A DNA stretch of 64,000 bases from Leidyana gryllorum EB-2025a (taxonomy: Eukaryota; Protista; Apicomplexa), in the NCBI GenBank assembly GCA_048772705.1, contig JBLWGC010000035.1, positions 372,001-436,000 of the forward strand, read 5' to 3'. The notes beneath the pieces are model-generated. The model ran no database searches. It saw nothing but the letters and a program-made list of their open reading frames with translations, and had not been told where the DNA came from. The position numbers were made by a program, and so were the translations under genes. Positions 11,119 through 18,696 of this stretch are shown piece after piece. Each line of letters starts with the position of its first letter. Positions within the stretch are counted from its first letter, which is position 1.

Positions 11119-14100
11119 TCACGCCATCACGAGCACTGCAGCAACAGCGAGTGCACTAAACGTCGCCAAGTTGCTCAGCGCTCCATCAGGCGCAACTCCA
11201 ACGTCTGTCGGTGAAACTGAAACGTCTGTTGTCGAATCTTCTGTTGCTTGGGTAGGTGAAGTAGTTGTTGTGGTGGTGGTTGAGCTAGTGGTGGTCGTCG
11301 GGGTGGTGGTAGTGGAAGTAGTGGGAGTCTCCTCCGTGGAAGTAGTGGGAGTCTCCTCCGTGGAAGTAGTGGGAGTCTCCTCCGTGGAAGTAGTGGGAGT
11401 CTCCTCCGTGGAAGTAGTGGTGGTGGTGGTAGGAGGTGTCATGGTGGTGGTAGATTCCTCCGTGGAGGTAGTAGTGGTAGTGGACTCCTCAGTGGTAGAC
11501 TCCTCTGTGGCTGGGGTAGATTCCTCCGTGGTCGACTCCTCAGTGGGCGGGGTAGACTCCGTAGTAGTGGTCGTGGACTCCTCAGTGGGCGGGGTAGAAT
11601 CCTCAGTGGTAGACGCCTCGGTGGCCGGGGTAGATTCCGTAGCCTCAGTGGTAGACTCCTCAGTGGGCGGGGTAGAATCCGTAGCCTCAGTGGTAGACGC
11701 CTCGGTGGCCGCGGTAGAATCCGTAGCCTCAGTGGTAGACGCCTCGGTGGCCGCGGTAGAATCCGTAGCCTCAGTGGTAGACGCCTCGGTGGCCGGGGTA
11801 GATTCCGTAGCCTCAGTGGTAGACTCCTCGGTGGCCGGGGTAGACTCCTCGGTGGTGGTGGTGGACCCTTCCGTGGTGGACTCCTCAGTGGCCGGGGTAG
11901 ACTCCGTAGTGGTGGTGGACTCCTCGGTGGCCGGGGTAGACTCCTCGGTGGTGGTGGTGGACCCTTCCGTGGTGGACTCTTCAGTGGGCGGGGTGGACCC
12001 TTCCGTGGTGGACTCTTCAGTGGGCGGGGTGGACTCCTCAGTGGTGGTGGTGGACTCCTCAGTGGCCGGGGTGGTCTCTTCAGTAGTGGTGGTAGTCTCT
12101 TCAGTTGTGGTGGTAGTCTCTTCACTTGTGGTGGTAGTCTCCTCCGTTGTGGTGGTAGGCTCCTCTGTAGTAGTGGGGGTCTCCTCCGTTGTGGTGGTTG
12201 TCTCATCTGTGGTGGTGGTGGTGTCCTCTGTAGTGGTGGTAGTCTCTTCAGTAGTGGTAGTAGGCTCCTCTGTAGTGGTGGTAGTGTCCTCTGTAGTGGT
12301 AGTAGTCTCTTCCGTTGTGGTGGTAGTCTCCTCTGTAGTAGTGGGGGTCTCCTCCGTTGTGGTGGTTGTCTCATCTGTAGTGGTGGGGGTCTCCTCCGTT
12401 GTGGTGGTTGTCTCATCTGTGGTGGTGGTGGTGTCCTCTGTAGTGGTGGGGGTGTCCTCTGTAGTGGTGGTTGTCTCATCTGTGGTGGTGGTGGTGTCCT
12501 CTGTAGTGGTGGGGGTCTCCTCCGTTGTGGTGGTTGTCTCATCTGTAGTGGTGGGGGTCTCCTCCGTTGTGGTTGTCTCATCTGTGGTGGTGGTGGTGTC
12601 CTCTGTAGTGGTGGGGGTCTCCTCCGTTGTGGTGGTTGTCTCATCTGTGGTGGTGGTGGTGTCCTCTGTAGTGGTGGGGGTCTCCTCCGTTGTGGTGGTT
12701 GTCTCATCTGTGGTGGTGGTGGTGGTGTCCTCTGTAGTGGTGGTAGGCTCCTCTGTAGTGGTGGTTGTCTCATCTGTGGTGGTGGTGGTGTCCTCTGTAG
12801 TGGTGGGGGTCTCCTCCGTTGTGGTGGTTGTCTCATCTGTAGTGGTGGGGGTCTCCTCCGTTGTGGTGGTTGTCTCATCTGTGGTGGTGGTGGTGTCCTC
12901 TGTAGTGGTGGGGGTGTCCTCTGTAGTGGTGGTTGTCTCATCTGTGGTGGTGGTGGTGTCCTCTGTAGTGGTGGGGGTCTCCTCCGTTGTGGTGGTTGTC
13001 TCATCTGTAGTGGTGGGGGTCTCCTCCGTTGTGGTGGTTGTCTCATCTGTAGTGGTGGGGGTGTCCTCTGTAGTGGTGGTTGTCTCATCTGTGGTGGTGG
13101 TGGTGTCCTCTGTAGTGGTGGGGGTCTCCTCCGTTGTGGTGGTTGTCTCATCTGTAGTGGTGGTTGTCTCATCTGTGGTGGTGGTGGTGTCCTCTGTAGT
13201 GGTGGGGGTCTCCTCCGTTGTGGTGGTTGTCTCATCTGTGGTGGTGGTGGTGTCCTCTGTAGTGGTGGGGGTCTCCTCCGTTGTGGTGGTTGTCTCATCT
13301 GTGGTGGTGGTGGTGGTGTCCTCTGTAGTGGTGGTAGGCTCCTCTGTAGTGGTGGTTGTCTCATCTGTGGTGGTGGTGGTGTCCTCTGTAGTGGTGGGGG
13401 TCTCCTCCGTTGTGGTGGTTGTCTCATCTGTAGTGGTGGGGGTCTCCTCCGTTGTGGTGGTTGTCTCATCTGTGGTGGTGGTGGTGTCCTCTGTAGTGGT
13501 GGGGGTCTCCTCCGTTGTGGTGGTTGTCTCATCTGTGGTGGTGTCCTCTGTAGTGGTGGGGGTCTCCTCCGTTGTGGTGGTTGTCTCATCTGTGGTGGTG
13601 GTGGTGGTGTCCTCTGTAGTGGTGGTAGGCTCCTCTGTAGTGGTGGTTGTCTCATCTGTGGTGGTGGTGGTGTCCTCTGTAGTGGTGGGGGTCTCCTCCG
13701 TTGTGGTGGTTGTCTCATCTGTAGTGGTGGGGGTCTCCTCCGTTGTGGTGGTTGTCTCATCTGTGGTGGTGGTGGTGTCCTCTGTAGTGGTGGGGGTCTC
13801 CTCCGTTGTGGTGGTTGTCTCATCTGTGGTGGTGGTGGTGTCCTCTGTAGTGGTGGTGGTCTCCTCCGTTGTGGTGGTGGTAGTCACCTCCAAGTCTAGT
13901 TCTACCATTTTACCCTCATCGTTGCCAAGTTGATTCTTGTAGTAAATCCTACTACGCAACGTTACTTCGAGATGATCGGCGCTGTGGGTAATCGGGCGTC
14001 TGAACTCAAAAAGAGCACCGTCGGAATTGATCTGGTCGACCTCCCACTCCTCAGACCACTCGGTGGAGCGAGCATCTTCGTCTTGTTCGCCGGATGTACT

Positions 14101-17100
14101 GGCCACGACGTCCACTTGGAAGGGGCCACGGAGTGTCTCCGCAGCATCGACCGAAGCCTTCAGGGTAAGTTCGAGCTGGTCGTCAGCATCGACAGCAAAT
14201 TGCGGAGCTTGAATGAACTCCCAAGAAATCTTCGATCTCAGATCGCTCACAGTGTCATATGAGCGAGAGTATGAGCGCGGTTTGACTGTTCCCTCGGTCT
14301 GTTGTTTATGGGTGAGGTATTCTTCCATATTGATGGCATCAAAGATGCCGAGGTCCCGAACGTCTTTGCCCAACAAAAAGCCATCGAAATTGTGACCACC
14401 TCCGGCCAGGAAGTTGTTGGTCACGATTCTGTACTCTGAGTCGGGTAGGATCGGAAGACCAGTCTCCTCTATAATGAGGCTGTCTTCGAGTATTTCATTG
14501 TGCTCAGCAGATCCATGATCCGCGAATTTCCAAGTGAATCCAGACACTTGCATGATGTAATCGTTTCGAGATTCGTGCCACTGGTTCTCGAGAATCTTGA
14601 CCAGGTCAGCTCCAGTGACGGTCATGAGCACCAGTGAGTTGGAATAGGGCAAAGCTTCCCAAACGTTGTGTCGAGTGATCACTCCAGTCTCAGCGGTATT
14701 CCAGTCCGCCATCACAGATTGGCAATGAGTGAAGGCGAATTGCACGTTGGAGTCGGACTTCTGAGCAGCCCAGAGGAATGAGTCAGCAACCAGTGCTCCA
14801 AGAGGACTTTCGGTATACTGCGGCTGAGGCCAGTCGACAGAGGTTTCTGCCAAAACTTGGGCTCCAACAACGGCAGCGTCCGCGAAAGCTTGCATAACGA
14901 CATTCTTGACCTTCTCGGTACGATCAGACACTCCTGATGCAACGAGTCCGGTCGCCGAATCTATCCACTGCTCCTTCTCCTCATCCCAGTGAACGGTGTG
15001 CGTTGTGGGTTGGAAGCTGCCAGACACTGACAACAGCTGGTGAGACGAGCCGTCAAAGACGAGCTCGTAGACACTCAAAGCACGGCCATGGCTCCAACCT
15101 TGACCAACTACAGCAGTAGTGGTTCCGTCAACAGGGTTCCAAGAGTAAGACTGGTGTGTGTGAGCACTGGAAACGATTTGCACTCTGGGGTCCAAGTCTT
15201 TCAAGAAGTGCGCAAATTCAGCAGTTGGATGGGCCTCAACATATTCATCAGCCGTCTCCGCCGATGTCTCAGCGCCCTGATGTATGAGGGCCAAGACGAC
15301 GTCGGCACCTTCCTCCAAGACGGTATCCACCAACTCGTTGACCCCATCAACAGCTGAACCCACATCGATCTTGCTGGTAGCCAGCGCGTTGGTCGTCTGT
15401 TTCAGACTCTCGAGAGTGACTCCAATGACGCCAATCTTGTAGGTCTCACCCTCGACTTCCACGTCGATGATGGTGTGACCCGGCATCGCCTTCTCGTTGG
15501 TACCTTTGACCATCACGTTGGCTCCCAAGGGAGTACCGACGAAATCTGTGATGGACAAAAAGTAATCCAGGCCAGTCTCGTGGCCGTAGGCGTGGTCAAT
15601 GTCGTGATTGCCCAGAACTGTGGCTTTGGTCCCCCACTGTTTGGCAATCTCCAAGATCGGCTGGTCGTTGTTCAGAGCGGATTCCACTTGGGTGGCGCCG
15701 ATGGTGTCGCCGCCACTCAAAACGATTTGGGCATCCACATTGCGAGCCGCCAAGTCATCCAATGTTAAACTAGTTGCAATGGCGCCGTAGTACCCTTCTC
15801 CGGCGGTATTCTTCGTCTGGCGGATGGCTCCGTGGATATCATTGTAAACAACAACTTGGACAGTTTTGTTGGCGCGGAATTTCAGTGAATGCGTGTGGCT
15901 GACTCCAGCTGGCATCGGATTTCTATCGAATACCTCCGAGAAGAGTGCGAACTCAAAATTCACCTCAACTCCGTCCTCAAACGGTACAGGGATTGACGGT
16001 CTCAAGGGGGTTGTAGAGGTGAGCTCTCCATCGATCTCAATCCAACGAGTTTCATCCGGTTGCCTGCTGTCTGTGTATACCAGCCGGAAAGGACCTTGAG
16101 CGACGAGATCTTCTTCAGGTAACTCGTATACCAGAGCGAGGAGACCCAAGGATTGGTCATATGTAACAGAGGTGAGTTCAACATGTGCGGAGACATCGGC
16201 GGTGATATCCACTGCCCGTTCGAATGGGACCTCCACAAGCTTCCCATCATTCTCAGCTGCCATTGCTTCATTGTATTCAATGGTATATTGGTTGTCAGCG
16301 TCTGCTCTGTGCTGACGGTCAGTACCCTTAGCGAAATCCACAAAGTTGTCCCCTCCAGGAGAAAGGAAGTTGTTGGTGACGACACGGTACGTAGCCTCCA
16401 ACGTCATGGGAACATACTCGTTCGTGTGTCTGTCGATCACTTGCATGGAGTCCGCCAGAATACGATGGCCCAGTTCTTGAGTAGGATCATATTTGTAGGT
16501 CATACCGCTGATCTGAAGATGGTACATCCCACGCTCGCTTCCTGAAGCAGCGATCCACTGATGCTCAAGTACGCCCTTGATGTCGGTACCGGTCATAGTC
16601 ATCACCTCCAACTCATTGCTGAAAGGAAGGGTGTCGAAGACGCTACGAACAGTCACGTCTCCCTCTTGCCAGTCCTTTCGAATTCCACCGTCATTGGTGA
16701 AAGCGATCTCTACAGTTTCATCGGACTGGCGAGCTTTGTGCAACATCGCGTCAACAATGTGGCAGCCCAACTCGGTCTCGGAGCCGCCGGGCGCACGCCA
16801 AGTCTTAGCGATCTTACCAGTGATCCGCGAACCAGTTTCGTCAGCAGAGACGATCGCTCGCTTAATTTCCTCATTCACTTGCAGAAGCAACTCTGGTAGC
16901 TCAGCTTCTGCGTCAGGTGACAGAGGTTCGCCGTTTTCCTCCCATCTCTCAGTGTCGTAATTGTAATAGATTGATTGGCGGACAGAAGTGTACGAGACAG
17001 AAGGTGGTGCTACGAGTTGTCGTGTGTTGCGCGAGAGCTCAAAGTCAAAAGTGGCCAGGTTTACTCCATAGGAACCCGCCTGGATAACCGGTGGTAGATT

Positions 17101-18396
17101 GGGATTGTTGGTACTGCTGGCCCAGTTGTAGTTTTGATGAGTGTGGGCCGTGGCCAACACATCAATGTATCGGTCTTCAGTGTTGAGATTCTGCAAAAAT
17201 TGGGTAAATTCTGATCCAACATTGTTGTCCATCTGGGAATCAACATCCTTGTTGGACGCCGAACCGCCTTGGTGGTACAAACAAATAACGATATCACATT
17301 CTTCTTCTTCTTTGAGGATCTTAGCGTACTTGTTGGCTTCCGGGGCAGCTTCCAAAAACTTGAGCGCTGCCACGTTGTCATATACCACGACGGAGGGCAG
17401 AGACTCCAAAGTAACCCCTACAAACCCGATCTTATATCTCTCGCCTTCGCGGTCAATCTCGACGATATGTGTGGCATCCAGAAAGACGTCTCCGGGTTGT
17501 TTGCCTTCCGGAGCGTTCTCTCCCCACACGATATTGGCCCCCAGCTGAGGGAATTTGAACTTGGTTTCGGCATCTTGCATGATGCTTTCATATCCGCGAT
17601 CAAATTCGTGATTGCCAAGGGCCTGGCACTCAGTTCTCCACATATGAGCTATAGTCTTGGTGGGGTCATCATCGTTGGCGGCAGACTCGAACAGAGTGCC
17701 GCCAATCGTGTCTCCCACGCTGACCACAATCAAATCTTCTCCAGCATTCTCTTTTCTCATTTGTTCAAGCTTCATTGTCATACTTAGGGCTCCCGAGTAT
17801 GCACCAGCGTTGTTTGGGCCTTGTTGTACAATGTATCCATGGAAATCATTGTAGGCGGCAACACGGATGATGTCCACCTTCGCCTCTACGGGGACTACCG
17901 ATTGAGTGCTGTACACCGGTTCGTCTTTGTAGTGGACTGTCAAGGTAAAAGGGTAAGCTCCGGCAGCTGTTGTCTTGGGGATGCTGAGTAACACCTTGAA
18001 TCTTTGGCTCTCTTCCTTAGTAAGCGCCGCAAGTCTTGTGGCATACCCAGGCTCCCCAACTTCAATCGACTCAACAGATATGCCTATACCAGTCAAACCT
18101 TCTACCTTCACCGTGTATTCACCGCGATGCTCGCGATCAACTTGCTGTATGATACCAGAGATTTCGTACAATTCACCAGGATGAGCGACACGATAAGTGC
18201 CACTCTTGTTTTGTGTGTCTAGAACAACGTATGGATCGATCGTTTCGTTCGCGATCGTAGGGACGGTCTCTCGACGGTGGGACTCCACCAGAGAGTCGCG
18301 AAATGCTTTCTGCGCGGCCGTGAGAGGTACCTCGGGCAACCTTCCGGTGGCCACGGCCAGGCATACTCCGAACAATCCTAGTAGTTTCAGATACAT
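11119..18396 (-). CDS. 2425-aa surface protein: signal peptide, two tandem 5'-nucleotidase modules, Thr/Glu-rich mucin stalk and GPI signal (copy C), intronless
   Basis: Module 1: YNDFHG, GDTIG, GNHEFD, AHTHQ, NDGGIR. Module 2: YNDIHG, GDTIG, GNHDID, AHTHQ. About 900 aa of T/E repeats follow. C-terminus GALSNLATFSALAVAAVLVMA. Confidence 0.93.
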   Translation of the reverse strand: MYLKLLGLFGVCLAVATGRLPEVPLTAAQKAFRDSLVESHRRETVPTIANETIDPYVVLDTQNKSGTYRVAHPGELYEISGIIQQVDREHRGEYTVKVEGLTGIGISVESIEVGEPGYATRLAALTKEESQRFKVLLSIPKTTAAGAYPFTLTVHYKDEPVYSTQSVVPVEAKVDIIRVAAYNDFHGYIVQQGPNNAGAYSGALSMTMKLEQMRKENAGEDLIVVSVGDTIGGTLFESAANDDDPTKTIAHMWRTECQALGNHEFDRGYESIMQDAETKFKFPQLGANIVWGENAPEGKQPGDVFLDATHIVEIDREGERYKIGFVGVTLESLPSVVVYDNVAALKFLEAAPEANKYAKILKEEEECDIVICLYHQGGSASNKDVDSQMDNNVGSEFTQFLQNLNTEDRYIDVLATAHTHQNYNWASSTNNPNLPPVIQAGSYGVNLATFDFELSRNTRQLVAPPSVSYTSVRQSIYYNYDTERWEENGEPLSPDAEAELPELLLQVNEEIKRAIVSADETGSRITGKIAKTWRAPGGSETELGCHIVDAMLHKARQSDETVEIAFTNDGGIRKDWQEGDVTVRSVFDTLPFSNELEVMTMTGTDIKGVLEHQWIAASGSERGMYHLQISGMTYKYDPTQELGHRILADSMQVIDRHTNEYVPMTLEATYRVVTNNFLSPGGDNFVDFAKGTDRQHRADADNQYTIEYNEAMAAENDGKLVEVPFERAVDITADVSAHVELTSVTYDQSLGLLALVYELPEEDLVAQGPFRLVYTDSRQPDETRWIEIDGELTSTTPLRPSIPVPFEDGVEVNFEFALFSEVFDRNPMPAGVSHTHSLKFRANKTVQVVVYNDIHGAIRQTKNTAGEGYYGAIATSLTLDDLAARNVDAQIVLSGGDTIGATQVESALNNDQPILEIAKQWGTKATVLGNHDIDHAYGHETGLDYFLSITDFVGTPLGANVMVKGTNEKAMPGHTIIDVEVEGETYKIGVIGVTLESLKQTTNALATSKIDVGSAVDGVNELVDTVLEEGADVVLALIHQGAETSAETADEYVEAHPTAEFAHFLKDLDPRVQIVSSAHTHQSYSWNPVDGTTTAVVGQGWSHGRALSVYELVFDGSSHQLLSVSGSFQPTTHTVHWDEEKEQWIDSATGLVASGVSDRTEKVKNVVMQAFADAAVVGAQVLAETSVDWPQPQYTESPLGALVADSFLWAAQKSDSNVQFAFTHCQSVMADWNTAETGVITRHNVWEALPYSNSLVLMTVTGADLVKILENQWHESRNDYIMQVSGFTWKFADHGSAEHNEILEDSLIIEETGLPILPDSEYRIVTNNFLAGGGHNFDGFLLGKDVRDLGIFDAINMEEYLTHKQQTEGTVKPRSYSRSYDTVSDLRSKISWEFIQAPQFAVDADDQLELTLKASVDAAETLRGPFQVDVVASTSGEQDEDARSTEWSEEWEVDQINSDGALFEFRRPITHSADHLEVTLRSRIYYKNQLGNDEGKMVELDLEVTTTTTTEETTTTTEDTTTTTDETTTTTEETPTTTEDTTTTTDETTTTTEETPTTTDETTTTTEETPTTTEDTTTTTDETTTTTEEPTTTTEDTTTTTTDETTTTTEETPTTTEDTTTDETTTTTEETPTTTEDTTTTTDETTTTTEETPTTTDETTTTTEETPTTTEDTTTTTDETTTTTEEPTTTTEDTTTTTTDETTTTTEETPTTTEDTTTTTDETTTTTEETPTTTEDTTTTTDETTTTTDETTTTTEETPTTTEDTTTTTDETTTTTEDTPTTTDETTTTTEETPTTTDETTTTTEETPTTTEDTTTTTDETTTTTEDTPTTTEDTTTTTDETTTTTEETPTTTDETTTTTEETPTTTEDTTTTTDETTTTTEEPTTTTEDTTTTTTDETTTTTEETPTTTEDTTTTTDETTTTTEETPTTTEDTTTTTDETTTTEETPTTTDETTTTTEETPTTTEDTTTTTDETTTTTEDTPTTTEDTTTTTDETTTTTEETPTTTDETTTTTEETPTTTEETTTTTEETTTTTEDTTTTTEEPTTTTEETTTTTEDTTTTTDETTTTTEETPTTTEEPTTTTEETTTTSEETTTTTEETTTTTEETTPATEESTTTTEESTPPTEESTTEGSTPPTEESTTEGSTTTTEESTPATEESTTTTESTPATEESTTEGSTTTTEESTPATEESTTEATESTPATEASTTEATDSTAATEASTTEATDSTAATEASTTEATDSTPPTEESTTEATESTPATEASTTEDSTPPTEESTTTTTESTPPTEESTTEESTPATEESTTEESTTTTTSTEESTTTMTPPTTTTTTSTEETPTTSTEETPTTSTEETPTTSTEETPTTSTTTTPTTTTSSTTTTTTTSPTQATEDSTTDVSVSPTDVGVAPDGALSNLATFSALAVAAVLVMA
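11230..13886 (-). repeat. Coding minisatellite of ~21-nt units encoding Thr-rich heptads (TTEETPT / TTEDTTT / TTDETTT), then TEESTP(A/P) units and 24-nt TTSTEETP units
   Basis: Directly visible tandem repeats, e.g. gtggtggttgtctcatct and gtagtggtgggggtctcctcc recurring dozens of times on the + strand. Confidence 0.97.
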
Positions 18397-18696
18397 CAGT
18401 GATACGAATCACTTGCAAAAAAAACTTGGACGGGACTTTGAAGCTTCGTGTCCCAGAAACCTCCTGAGGTCCCATTCAGCGCACAGCCATCAAACTTCCG
18501 AAAATCTTCGTCTGACACACGCTATTGTTGCACATCCCGACTTCTGCATAACTAATTTGCTTTTCTCTCATTTTCAACTTTTCAAGATTCTTTCTACACC
18601 AATGCATCCGTTGAGTGCAGTTTTGCATGATGTTGCGGTGATTCAGCGCTGAAGTGAAAATGCATTGTCGGACGTCTGAGCGTCGACTCACAGATC

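Noticed and set aside
11230-13886. Repeat array as a CRISPR array or telomeric/satellite DNA
   Set aside because: No unique spacers; the units are in-frame codon repeats inside a protein with a signal peptide and hydrophobic tail.
11171-13933. 920-aa Val/Ser-rich ORF on the + strand and 794-aa Pro/Gln/Arg ORF (11439-13823) on the - strand
   Set aside because: Shadow frames of the Thr-codon minisatellite; the repeat unit lacks stops in those frames.
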